Source: Promethearchaeota archaeon (GTDB taxonomy: Archaea > Asgardarchaeota > Lokiarchaeia > Sigyniarchaeales > SOKP01). From it: DNA of 64,000 bases. The translations under genes and the position numbers were made by a program. The notes beneath the pieces are model-generated. The model did not search any database. It was not told the origin of the DNA and saw only the letters and a list, made by a program, of their open reading frames with translations. Every line of letters starts with the position of its first letter. The first letter of the stretch is position 1. Below are positions 9,635-19,715 of this stretch, one piece after another. The stretch is taken from assembly GCA_048940925.1 (NCBI GenBank), contig JBHLOC010000003.1:64001-128000 (forward strand), in the 5' to 3' direction.

Positions 9635-10720
9635 ATGGTTTATAACTGGTTTACAGTACCAATTACTATTTTTTATATAGGGAATGGGTTTGCTCACTTA
9701 TATTATGCTCTTAAATTAAAACGTATGTTTCCACAATATCATAATTTTTTAAATTCATTTATAATAGTGATTCTATGGATCATAGCTGGAGTTGTTTTTC
9801 CATTATTCTTTATTAGAGATACAACCCAAACCAGATGGTTTCACGGATTAGCGCTTCAAATTATATGTATTTATGCCCCATTATTAATTGTTTTTATTTT
9901 ATATTATCAATATCAAGTTGTATTAAAAAAAAATCCACAATTAAAGGATAATAGAACGATAAATAAGTTTGTAGAACAATTTACCCTGATGGACATAAAT
10001 AATCTCAATAATAGAAAAATTGCTTTAAAGACTGATTTTCATAGAAAATTATTTCATTTATTGCCTGCTGTGATTATTATTTTTTTATGGATTTTTGCTG
10101 TTTATATTTGGGATGGGTTATGGAATGCTGATAACTTTTGGGGGATTTCAGGAAAAGAATATGGTATTTTTTTGATATTAACAGTTGGTTATACAGGTGT
10201 AATCATATTTGCTGCTTTAGATTATATTAGATTGTCTTATATATTTGACAAAGGTAATATTTATCATTTACTCCCGAATTGTATTTCTAATACATTAGGT
10301 AAAACTTTAAAGAAAAATGAGATCTATGAATTTTCGAGACCTGTTGCCTTAGTCTTATCACTTGTTCCTACTTTATTCCTTCCTTTCGGAATATTTACTG
10401 CTACCGCACTTATAGCCACCCTAGGTGATGGTGCAGCGTCGATATTTGGACTCAAATTTGGGAGGATTCACATTCCAAAATCTTCAAATAAAACCTTAAT
10501 CGGATATCTTTCCGGATTTTTAGTATCTTTAGGTATCAGTATTTTAGTTTTATGGTTATTCGAACTTAAATCTTTTACAATTTCACAGATTGTTATTATT
10601 GGACTTGGTGGGGCATTAATGTTTTTTATTATTGATATTCTAAATCTTAAAATAGATGATAATATACTAAATCCAATTTTTTGTGGATATTTTATGGCAT
10701 TCTTAGCTTTACTCTTATAA
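9635..10720 (+). CDS. CTP-dependent polyprenol/phytol/diacylglycerol kinase-like membrane protein
   Basis: RKLFH, LGDGAASIFG..FG, KTLIG, IDDN motifs of the dolichol kinase/Dgk1 family. Confidence 0.8.
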   Translation: MVYNWFTVPITIFYIGNGFAHLYYALKLKRMFPQYHNFLNSFIIVILWIIAGVVFPLFFIRDTTQTRWFHGLALQIICIYAPLLIVFILYYQYQVVLKKNPQLKDNRTINKFVEQFTLMDINNLNNRKIALKTDFHRKLFHLLPAVIIIFLWIFAVYIWDGLWNADNFWGISGKEYGIFLILTVGYTGVIIFAALDYIRLSYIFDKGNIYHLLPNCISNTLGKTLKKNEIYEFSRPVALVLSLVPTLFLPFGIFTATALIATLGDGAASIFGLKFGRIHIPKSSNKTLIGYLSGFLVSLGISILVLWLFELKSFTISQIVIIGLGGALMFFIIDILNLKIDDNILNPIFCGYFMAFLALLL

Positions 10721-10851
10721 TTATATAAATCTATAGAGGAGTTCTTACATTACTGGCTCTTTTTAAAAATAAAGCTTTATTAACTATTCCATTCTAAATA
10801 CATTATATAATTTTTAATTATTTAAATCAAACTTCTAATGGTGTAAATAAA

Positions 10852-11265
10852 TTGCCACGTGTTGAGAAAAAATTAGATATTTCAGCCCCTCAAGATTTAA
10901 TATTTAAAATTGTAGATGACGATGATAATTATGCTAAATGGAACATTGTTGTAAATGAAGTGACTAAACTCGGAGAAGGAAACTATTTCTTTAAAACGAA
11001 CGTAGGAGATGTCACTTCCACACGGATAGAAACTAATCCTCCTAAGAGCCTTTCAGCAGCTCAAGAGGGAAGTCCTATGACAAGTTTAGGGTATGTTTTA
11101 AAACCAAAGGGAGATGTTGTTGAAGCAACAATTTGGGCTGAATTTGATGATGCCAGTCAAGAACCCGTTCTCGGAATAGCTGGAGAGATGTTACTAAAAA
11201 GTCTTAAAAAATACGCTGAATTTCTAGAAACTGGTGGAAATCCAGAAGAATTTAATAAAAAATAA
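10852..11265 (+). CDS. SRPBCC (START/polyketide cyclase) family protein
   Basis: VEKKLDISAP..IFKIVDD...YAKW N-terminus; C-terminal helix LKSLKKYAE. Confidence 0.8.
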   Translation: MPRVEKKLDISAPQDLIFKIVDDDDNYAKWNIVVNEVTKLGEGNYFFKTNVGDVTSTRIETNPPKSLSAAQEGSPMTSLGYVLKPKGDVVEATIWAEFDDASQEPVLGIAGEMLLKSLKKYAEFLETGGNPEEFNKK

Positions 11266-11306
11266 GTATAATTTTCTATTTTTTTTTTATATATTTTCAT
11301 TACAAA

Positions 11307-14219
11307 TTAAAAGAAGGCATCCATCTTTTTTATACCTCTAATTTCATCAAAAGTTATACCTAATGCATCTAAAACCTGTTCTAAAGCAGATTTTAGTAGT
11401 TCTTTATATTTTCTGGTATCGATATCTTGAAGTTTAGCTAATTCAATTGCTTTAGCTCCAATTGGTCCCTTACTCTTTATAAAACTAATTGTTTCACCTT
11501 TTTGATATTCTTTTCCTGTTGCATCTTTCAATTCTATTGCAGCTCTAACATGTTGCGGAATAACTTTAGTGTAATTCTTCATATTCTTTTGTAAAGCTAT
11601 ATTTATAGCATAATCTTCAATGCTAAATGTATCTGGTTTGCCAATTTTCTTTAAACTTTCTCTCACAATTCCTATAATCTGATCCTTAGCTTTTAAAAAA
11701 TCCTCATTATTTTTAATATGTTTCAATATTTCAATCATTTCACTAAAAACTTGTTTGATAAATTCGGGTGTGTTTTTCTTTTTGGCTACCAAGCCTTTAA
11801 TATCTGTATATTGAGTATCTTTATAGATTCCAACATAATTCTTTTTTCTATCAGAAAGTGCTAAAAATTGGTATGTTTTTTCTTCTTCTAAATCAAGATC
11901 TAACTCTTCTTTACTCCAATTAGATATTTCTTTCATTTGTTCTTTATTAGGATGTAAAAGAAAAACAGAATCTGTATCACCGTATAAAACCTTTATTCCT
12001 AGAGTTTCTGCTTTGTTAATTGTTTGTTTTATTGAATATTGACCTATTCCAGTAGTACTTTCTGCAACTGGTAAACAAAATAAGGGAAAATTTTGAGATC
12101 CAAAAACTCCATAACTACCATTAATAAAAACCTTAAGAGCTTGTTGAATTGTCAGATAATAACTACGTTGTTTGTCTGTTAAAACATTATCACTTGATTT
12201 TGGTTTAAAATATTTCACTCTGATATCCCGGAAAAATCCAACTACATAAGCAAAAATTCCCATCTTATGTGTACATATATGATAGGGTGTTCCTTTTACT
12301 AGATTATCTTCATCATCCTTGTGAGGACATAGGACTGTCTCGTAGGAAAGATTATACTCTTTTATGATAGAGGGATATAGGCTTGCAAAATCCATCACTA
12401 CTACATTAAAATGGATACCTGGAATAGGCGGTACAACATATGCGCCCAAAAATTTTTCTTCATCAAATTTAGAAGAAAGAATCCCTCCTGGTTTCTCTTC
12501 TTTAATTTCTGATCGCCTGGGAATAAGAGCTTCTTTTCTACGATGCTCAAAATAAAAAATATTCTGGATCCAGGTTGAAATTTGTCTTCTTACCATATCG
12601 TGGATTGGCATTTTTGTAATTCTGCATAATAAGATTATTAAATTCCAGACTAGGGAATTATTAAATTTTGTTAACTTTAATGTTAAAATTGAATCTTTCA
12701 AATTATACCAAGAAAGGATATCATATTCCATTTCATGAATTATTTCATCGTGTTGAAATTTTTCTTCACCTAATAATGCAGCACTGATGTCATTTAAGGA
12801 TGCACTCTCATAAGCACCTCCGAATGCATATCCAGAGATACTACGGTTAAAAAATAGATTGAATAAATCAATGTGTATTCCTCTTCTTAAATCACATTCA
12901 GCTTTTGATAAAATTCCAAAACCACGCTTTACATGAATAGGATTTAAGTCTCTTTTAATTTTTAATTTCTCTGCTCTGTGAAATAAATAATTTAAATCAA
13001 AATTATCACCATTGAATGTAATAATTATAGGGTATTCCCAAATAAGCCGAAATGTTTCTTTTAATAAATTCTTCTCAGATTTAAATAAAATAACCTCAGC
13101 ATCTGAGGGAAATTTTTCATGCAACCTTTCAAAAGAATATCCTTCTCTTTTAAGCATATAAACAAGTTTCAACCCATCTGAAGCTACAAATGATATACTA
13201 ATTACTTCTTGGTTAGCTAACCGAGGATCTGGAATCTTATAATCTCTTTCACCAACCATAACTTCAATATCCATTGCCAACCTTTTGACATCAGGAATAG
13301 GCGTAATAAATATATCTAAAAATTTCTCAGAAAATTCTTGTATTTCTGGAGTTTCATCTTTAAATAAAATCCGAAGCTCATCAGCCATTTTTTTAGAATT
13401 TTCATCAATCTTTTCAAAATTTACTTTAATTAGCTCTCCATTTTTAATAGTGTAAATTAATCCTGGGATTAATTGTCTATCAAAGATATAATTCAAATGA
13501 TATCGAATATCTGCTTCCCACGCTTTTTTATCATTTTCAGCTAAGATATTACGAATATTAGTACCGGATCCTCCAATATTTGTAGGTGTCTTACCATAAA
13601 TTTTAGTTATTTCAATCTCTTTATCTCGTAGTAAGTCAAACCGAGTAATTTTTTCAAACCGATTAAATCCTTCATACTCAGTCAATTTTTTTATTTTTTT
13701 TAATTCTATTATCGACTCTTTACTTAGACAATAAGGTTCATGATTAGTTGTATCAATCCAAACCTTTATATCATCAGTATCTAAGTCATAAAATTTACAA
13801 AATGCTTTATTTTGTCCACCATCATAGTCTACATCTAGTAGTAATCCTCGCTCCAAATTTTCAATTATTTCTCCCTTTTCAATTAAATAACGGATATATT
13901 TTGAAGTCACTCCTTCTCTGAGTACTCTCTCTAATTTTATATTTCCTTCTTTTAAGCCAAAAGGTTCATCTTTTTCTATATATAAAGAGACTTGAGGGTT
14001 TTCTGATTTTTCTGCTAACGGTACTTTTGTTATTTTCTTTCTCTCACTAACTTTTGATTCCTCTACAGGCTGTTCTTCTTTTAATGCCTTAATTCCTTTT
14101 TCTTCAATTTTTTCTTCGTGCTCTTCTTTTTCCTTTTTTTCTTCATTCGCAAAAGAAAATAGTGACGTTTGGGTTTTATCGTCAATTCGCTTCTTTTTAC
14201 CTTTTTTTGGACTTGGCAA
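11307..14219 (-). CDS. polB1: Family B DNA polymerase, PolB1 type
   Basis: Exo DIE, FNGDNFD, YNLKD; Pol DFASLYPSII, QQALKVFINGSYG, YGDTDS, KKNY; NLSYETV. Confidence 0.93.
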   Translation of the reverse strand: MPSPKKGKKKRIDDKTQTSLFSFANEEKKEKEEHEEKIEEKGIKALKEEQPVEESKVSERKKITKVPLAEKSENPQVSLYIEKDEPFGLKEGNIKLERVLREGVTSKYIRYLIEKGEIIENLERGLLLDVDYDGGQNKAFCKFYDLDTDDIKVWIDTTNHEPYCLSKESIIELKKIKKLTEYEGFNRFEKITRFDLLRDKEIEITKIYGKTPTNIGGSGTNIRNILAENDKKAWEADIRYHLNYIFDRQLIPGLIYTIKNGELIKVNFEKIDENSKKMADELRILFKDETPEIQEFSEKFLDIFITPIPDVKRLAMDIEVMVGERDYKIPDPRLANQEVISISFVASDGLKLVYMLKREGYSFERLHEKFPSDAEVILFKSEKNLLKETFRLIWEYPIIITFNGDNFDLNYLFHRAEKLKIKRDLNPIHVKRGFGILSKAECDLRRGIHIDLFNLFFNRSISGYAFGGAYESASLNDISAALLGEEKFQHDEIIHEMEYDILSWYNLKDSILTLKLTKFNNSLVWNLIILLCRITKMPIHDMVRRQISTWIQNIFYFEHRRKEALIPRRSEIKEEKPGGILSSKFDEEKFLGAYVVPPIPGIHFNVVVMDFASLYPSIIKEYNLSYETVLCPHKDDEDNLVKGTPYHICTHKMGIFAYVVGFFRDIRVKYFKPKSSDNVLTDKQRSYYLTIQQALKVFINGSYGVFGSQNFPLFCLPVAESTTGIGQYSIKQTINKAETLGIKVLYGDTDSVFLLHPNKEQMKEISNWSKEELDLDLEEEKTYQFLALSDRKKNYVGIYKDTQYTDIKGLVAKKKNTPEFIKQVFSEMIEILKHIKNNEDFLKAKDQIIGIVRESLKKIGKPDTFSIEDYAINIALQKNMKNYTKVIPQHVRAAIELKDATGKEYQKGETISFIKSKGPIGAKAIELAKLQDIDTRKYKELLKSALEQVLDALGITFDEIRGIKKMDAFF

Positions 14220-14343
14220 TTTTACAAACCATATAAGAATTGTAATTTTAATGTATAATACTAGATAATATTATAATATTTATTATAATACTCACTATTC
14301 CTTCTTTAATATTGAATTTACAGAACAATTTAAATTGCTTTAA

Positions 14344-15618
14344 TTAACTAATTTTCTCTTTCTTGAATCTACGTTTCAATCGGAGTGTTTCAAAAACTAA
14401 TGGGAAAGCTAGGGTTGGAAGGAAAAAATTTAGTTTCCTCTTCGAACCTGTCATTATTTTTCCCCATTTAACCATGAATTTATCTCCTTTTTTTTGACTG
14501 AGGGAAGCAAAAGCATCAAAAAATATTGGATGCTTTGCACAGAAGCGGGCCATTCGAATGGACCATTTAAAGTCTTTACCAAAACTTTTCATCCACTTTC
14601 TTTGATATTGTTTTAAAAATTTTTTTGTAAAGTCATTTTTCTTAAACGCAGCTACAATTATATCAGCAGCGATTTCAGCAGCATCCATGGCATATTGTAA
14701 TCCCTCACCAGTCAGAGGATCTATCATCCCTGCTGCATCCCCGACTAAGAGTAAGTTATTATCATAGCTTTGTGATGTTCCACCAAAACGTATGGGTGCA
14801 GCTTTCATCTCTTCAAGTTCAGCATTAGGACCTAAAGCTTTACTTATGAAAGGGTCATTCTCAATTAAATCATGATGTATTTTATATAAATTTTCGGTAC
14901 GCGTTTTCCCAAAGGGAAGAATATAACAACATAAAACTAGATCATCATCGGCTTCTCTTAAAAGGGCACAATAACCAGGAACAAGATTCATTGGAATAAC
15001 ACATATTCCATCTTGGTCAAACTTATAGGTTCCTGCTTTCACATAAGATCGACTACATACTGCTTGTGGTGATCCTTTTACAATTCCTAGAGATTGAGCA
15101 ATGTGAGAAGAAGCACCATCTGCGAGAACTAGGATTTTAGCATAATAAAGTTGCTTTTCTCCTTTCTTAGGATGGATAATCCAATAGTCCATATTTTCAT
15201 CGAAAGATACCCCCTTTACTGAATAATTCTCTATTAAGATTGATCCAGCCTCAACTGCTGTTTTACAAAGTAGTTCATCTATAATTTTTCTTTTGACTGC
15301 AATTACTAAATGTGATTTAGTTTGTGCATATGAATCTCCAGTATACACAATTCTTCTAGGGCTAACTAGTCCTCCTTGTGCCGTCCATCGCCCTTTGTTC
15401 TCTTCAATTAATTTTTGTAAAATTCCCATCCTCTCGAGATGAATTTGAGCCCGTTGAGTAAACGCATCACCACATATTTTATCTCTAGGAAATTCTTTTT
15501 TTTCAAGTATTAATGGGATTATCCCCTTTTGGGTTAAATAAAATGCACAAGTTGATCCTGCTGGTCCAGCACCAACTATACATACATCATAGATCCTATT
15601 TTCTGGCATTGTTAGCAC
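14344..15618 (-). CDS. Geranylgeranyl reductase-family FAD oxidoreductase
   Basis: VGAGPAG, FPRDKICGD, LADG, LVGDAAGMIDPLTGEG. Confidence 0.88.
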   Translation of the reverse strand: MLTMPENRIYDVCIVGAGPAGSTCAFYLTQKGIIPLILEKKEFPRDKICGDAFTQRAQIHLERMGILQKLIEENKGRWTAQGGLVSPRRIVYTGDSYAQTKSHLVIAVKRKIIDELLCKTAVEAGSILIENYSVKGVSFDENMDYWIIHPKKGEKQLYYAKILVLADGASSHIAQSLGIVKGSPQAVCSRSYVKAGTYKFDQDGICVIPMNLVPGYCALLREADDDLVLCCYILPFGKTRTENLYKIHHDLIENDPFISKALGPNAELEEMKAAPIRFGGTSQSYDNNLLLVGDAAGMIDPLTGEGLQYAMDAAEIAADIIVAAFKKNDFTKKFLKQYQRKWMKSFGKDFKWSIRMARFCAKHPIFFDAFASLSQKKGDKFMVKWGKIMTGSKRKLNFFLPTLAFPLVFETLRLKRRFKKEKIS

Positions 15619-15860
15619 TACTTCAAAAATATTTCACTTATGCTTTAAGGTTTTAGGTCTTACTTTGAAGTAAAGATTCCTTTCCTTCACGTTTGAATGT
15701 TTGAATATCAATGTTGGAATATCAATCCTCAAATTATGATTTATTACCGATTCCAAAGTAGCTAAAAAGATTATCATATATATCATCTAATTAAGGAGAC
15801 CCTAATATCAAATTAAATAATTTCTAATTGGAGAGATAAAAATTCTATAAAAAATTGATA

Positions 15861-16205
15861 TTATCTGTTATTATTTATTAACTTTTTTATTTCTTCTAAA
15901 AGTAGGTGTTTCTCTGCTATATACCAATCAAGTTGACTCTTTGAAGGATTTTCATAATAAATAATCTCAGCAACCTCTTTAATCTCTTCCTCGGGAGGGG
16001 TGATTATTTCACCATTCACATCTTCTCTTATTAATAACACTAAATTATCAGTTTCTAAAGGTTTAATATCATAACCATTCTTCACATTTTTATTAATGGT
16101 AACGCATAATTCTGCCAATCTCCAAATTGACTTTTCCATACTCTCATTTGCTTTGTAAATCTTAAATGCTAGGGATGTTACTTCTTCTTTTGAGAATGGA
16201 GACAT
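15861..16205 (-). CDS. Protein with two DUF2934-like repeats
   Basis: EEVTSLAFKIY...IWRLAE and EEIKEVAEIIY...DWYIAE; GAGGTGA RBS. Confidence 0.65.
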   Translation of the reverse strand: MSPFSKEEVTSLAFKIYKANESMEKSIWRLAELCVTINKNVKNGYDIKPLETDNLVLLIREDVNGEIITPPEEEIKEVAEIIYYENPSKSQLDWYIAEKHLLLEEIKKLINNNR

Positions 16206-16494
16206 TTCTTTTCAACTCACCTCATAATGTGTTATTCCTAAGTAAGACAAGTGAATTTTTAATTAATAATAAGATAATTGATTAACAAAAAGATAAGTTA
16301 ACATTTAATTATTTGTATCGACTTTCATAGGTGTTAAAACTACAAAATTAAAAATTTAGGATGTTGTCAGTGACTTTTTATATAAAAGAAATCCAAGTTT
16401 TTTTAAATGATATAGAAAAATTGTTCAGCTTATTTTAGACATTTAAAAAAAGATGAAAACCTGAGTTAAAAAAAGTATTTAGAAAAATTTATGA

Positions 16495-16791
16495 GTTCAA
16501 AACATCTCGTATAATAATGATATTAGTAAGAAAAGGATTTTAAATATTATAAAGAGTCATAAAAGTGTTAATCTCAATAGACTTTCATACTTAATTGATA
16601 ATAATAGAACAAAAGAAATTATAGTGCCTTATTTAAAAACATTAATCAAAATGGTTCACTATATAAGAGAACATCGAGATGATAAGTTTATTGCAAATCA
16701 TATAAATAAGAATTTAAATTTAACATTTAATCAAGTTAAAATTCGCTCTATCATTGATGATTTAAATGATTATTTTCCAGATTTCTCTTAG
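16495..16791 (+). pseudogene. Decayed ORF remnant upstream of the tRNA
   Basis: 98-codon stop-free frame (VQNISYNNDISKKRIL...DLNDYFPDFS*) without a proper 5' start; fragmented frames upstream. Confidence 0.3.
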
Positions 16792-16872
16792 TATCAAAAA
16801 ATTATAAAAACAAAGTAGCAGAACAAAATAAAAATATTATTATTGTTTAAAATATAATAAAGAATAAATAAA

Positions 16873-16944
16873 GCCCTTGTAACTCAGCGGTAGAGTGATT
16901 GACTTGTAATCAATTAGTCGGGGGTTCAAGTCCCCCCAAGGGCT
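16873..16944 (+). tRNA. tRNA-Thr(UGU)
   Basis: Cloverleaf: GCCCTTG/CAAGGGC acceptor, ACTC/GAGT D-stem, ATTGA-CTTGTAA-TCAAT anticodon arm, GGGGG-TTCAAGT-CCCCC T arm; CCA not encoded. Confidence 0.97.
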
Positions 16945-17112
16945 AATTACAAATCATTGATATGTTTCTTAAATTAATATTAATGTATAATTCTCTCTAT
17001 CTCTTTTAATGGGCACAATTTATTAGCAAAAATAAAAATTGAAAAAACCCAATCGAGAGTAAAAATTTAAGAAGGAGATAAATTATTCCTATCTTAAATA
17101 AAATAGAATGTA

Positions 17113-18153
17113 ATGCATGAATTCAAAATTAATAAGTATATAACACTATCTCTTAAAGATAGAAAGACTGTCATTTATGTGAATAATGAAGAATTTATGC
17201 AATGTAAGTCGATCTTATTAAACATTCCAATTGATAAGAACTATAACTATGATTATATTGCCTCAATTGACGATGCTACAGAAGTCTTTGAATGGTCAGA
17301 AAAAGAACAAAAGGTATTTGAATATAAAATTCCACCAGAAGTGGAATTTTGGGGACATTGTTCAAACCTACAAGCATGGGTGGAACATGAATATGATACA
17401 AGGTTATTACACAGCAACTTAACGTTTCCCCTCCTAAAAAAATTAACAGATGTAGGAGATCCTGATGCTGAGAAAATCTTTAAGCTTGAAATCCTAAGGA
17501 GATTTGTTGAAAGTAACGAAATCACTAGAGAATACTTAATTGAGAATAGATATATTGATTATTTAACAGAAGAAGATACCAGAAGCGTTCTACCTGTCGA
17601 GGAAATATTGCTACTTGAAAAATTAGAAGACATCCTACAAGTGAAGTTTACATTAGCAAAAAATTTAGAAATGATCACTGGGATTAATAGATTTTCGCAT
17701 AATAACTGTTATTATATTGAAAACTATAATATCATAGGATTAAAACTATATAGACCAAAAATAAAGGAATTTCCAGAAGAAATTATAAAATTCAAAAAAC
17801 TTAAATTTCTCGACCTATCTTATAATAACACCACTCACTTACCGAAATTCTTATACAAATTAAAATATCTAAAATATCTAAATTTAGAATGTAACAATAT
17901 AGAAAGAATACCAGATTCATTTAAGAATTTTAATAAATTAGAAGAAGTTAACTTACTTTTTAATAAGTTAAAAGAAATGCCTCTCCCTATGAAAGACCTA
18001 TACTCACTGAAAAAATTATATTTAGCAAAGAACCCAATAAAATCATTTCCAAAAAAATTTGGAAATTTGAAAAAAGAAGATAAAGAAGGCTATTATTTTA
18101 TAAGCAAGTATTGCTTGATAAGGATGGGAAGAAATCAAAATTGCGTAAGGTAA
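17113..18153 (+). CDS. Leucine-rich repeat protein, Lokiarchaeia-type
   Basis: EFKINKYITL, EFWGHCSNLQAW, RLLHSNLTFPLLKKL N-domain; ~4-5 LxxLxLxxN repeats. Confidence 0.88.
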   Translation: MHEFKINKYITLSLKDRKTVIYVNNEEFMQCKSILLNIPIDKNYNYDYIASIDDATEVFEWSEKEQKVFEYKIPPEVEFWGHCSNLQAWVEHEYDTRLLHSNLTFPLLKKLTDVGDPDAEKIFKLEILRRFVESNEITREYLIENRYIDYLTEEDTRSVLPVEEILLLEKLEDILQVKFTLAKNLEMITGINRFSHNNCYYIENYNIIGLKLYRPKIKEFPEEIIKFKKLKFLDLSYNNTTHLPKFLYKLKYLKYLNLECNNIERIPDSFKNFNKLEEVNLLFNKLKEMPLPMKDLYSLKKLYLAKNPIKSFPKKFGNLKKEDKEGYYFISKYCLIRMGRNQNCVR

Positions 18154-18208
18154 TTACAATTACAGATTGACCACAGGTGAGTATTAGAGCTTAAAAATAT
18201 TGATAAGC

Positions 18209-18281
18209 GCTTTATTTGGCAAAGCGGTATAGCAGCAAACTTGTATTCTGCAGGTCGCGGGTTCAAATCCCTTCGGGGGCT
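18209..18281 (+). pseudogene. Degenerate tRNA-Thr(UGU)-like pseudogene
   Basis: TGGCAAAGCGGTATAGC D arm, GCAAA-CTTGTAT-TCTGC anticodon arm, GCGGG-TTCAAAT-CCCTT T arm, CGGGGGCT 3' end; mismatches in all stems. Confidence 0.7.
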
Positions 18282-18343
18282 TATTCTTTTCATTCTTATT
18301 CTCTTCTGTTATTCTTTATAAATTCAAAAGTATAATAAATTAT

Positions 18344-19672
18344 ATGTCTAATCAAGATGAATTAGAATTTAAGAAATCATATCCATATATCTTCTCTTTT
18401 TTTTATTTAGCTCAAGGATTATATAATGGGATACAATATATTGTAATTCCGTTTTGGTTAATAAGTATGATGACAATCGATTTAGCAGTGATTCTAGGTA
18501 TATTTTCAATTACTGTTATTCCTTGGGCGTTAAAATTTTTAATTGGGTTATTCAATGATAAATTTGGTTCAGAAAAGTATGGAAGGAGAAAATTATGGAT
18601 TTTAATTTTTGGTGTATATGCTGGGATTTGGTTTATGATAACAGGTTTTACAATAAATTTGCAATCAAGTAACACGATTCTTGATTATATTTTACTCTGT
18701 GCTCTTATGTGGAATATTGGCATCGCTGTTTCTGACACTTCTTTAGATGGACTAATATTAGATGTCACACCAAAAGAAAAACTAGGAAAAGTTCAAGGAT
18801 ACACTTGGGCAATGAATCTATTTGGAAACGCTGGTGGAGGTATTATTTTAGGAGCATTATTTCTAGCTTTTAATGCAATACCTTTATTGTTTGTCTTTGA
18901 AGGTTTTCTATTAATAATCTCAAGTTTTTTCCCCTTTTTTGTTAAAGAAAAACCACTTCCAGAAGAAATTCATGTTTGGAAAAATGTAAAAACAATTATT
19001 ACTAAGGGAAAAAACTGGAAAGCCTTCACATTTTCATTTTTAGATTCCATTCCCTATGGAATTGTGACAATAACTTATACAATCTTAATTTTGCTTTATG
19101 CCCCAAATTCTCCTATTTCAGGTCCAATAACTTCTTTATCTTTGAAAGGTTTGGCATTAGAAGCCTTTTTAATTTATGTGCTTCTCGGTGCAATTAATGG
19201 TGCTGGTGTAATATTAGGAAGTATAATAACTGGAAGATTTGCAGACAAGAATCGTAGATTTGCGGTATATATAGCAAATATTATGTATATACCCTTTTTA
19301 ATTTTATGCGTTTTATTCCGTGGACCATATATTCTTGGTGGTATAATGATCTTTTTATTAGGCGTTGGTCAGGGCGCTCTTACAGCATCTTATCAATCTA
19401 TTCGGGGAGATCTTTCAAAACAGTATCCAGAATTAAACAGTACTTATTTTGCAATAGTTATTTCTTGCCTAAATCTTGGTCAATCTGTAGGAATGGCAAT
19501 TACCAGTGGACTAATAACGATTTTTTCTTCATTATTTAATGAATATTATGAGACATTTTTCTTTATAATGTTAATTATGGCTGGATTTCAATTTCTCAGT
19601 TTTTTAATATTCTATACTATTAATCGAAAAGAATATGAGCATAAAGATATAATACTGAAAAATAATGATTAA
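18344..19672 (+). CDS. MFS transporter (AmpG/BT1-like)
   Basis: PWALKFLIG..NDKFG...GRRK.W, SDTSLDG; ~12 TM. Confidence 0.88.
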   Translation: MSNQDELEFKKSYPYIFSFFYLAQGLYNGIQYIVIPFWLISMMTIDLAVILGIFSITVIPWALKFLIGLFNDKFGSEKYGRRKLWILIFGVYAGIWFMITGFTINLQSSNTILDYILLCALMWNIGIAVSDTSLDGLILDVTPKEKLGKVQGYTWAMNLFGNAGGGIILGALFLAFNAIPLLFVFEGFLLIISSFFPFFVKEKPLPEEIHVWKNVKTIITKGKNWKAFTFSFLDSIPYGIVTITYTILILLYAPNSPISGPITSLSLKGLALEAFLIYVLLGAINGAGVILGSIITGRFADKNRRFAVYIANIMYIPFLILCVLFRGPYILGGIMIFLLGVGQGALTASYQSIRGDLSKQYPELNSTYFAIVISCLNLGQSVGMAITSGLITIFSSLFNEYYETFFFIMLIMAGFQFLSFLIFYTINRKEYEHKDIILKNND

Positions 19673-19715
19673 AGTTACTTTTTATTTTTTCTATAATTCA
19701 ATAATTTGAGGCTAA

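Noticed and set aside
15691-15726. Short tandem repeat GTT(T/G)GAATATCAAT x2 and an overlapping 47-codon minus-strand ORF
   Set aside because: Only two full copies with no spacers, so not CRISPR; the ORF has no support
16873-18281. Integrated element with attL/attR at tRNA-Thr
   Set aside because: The two tRNA-like sequences are not direct repeats beyond universal tRNA motifs, and no integrase is present
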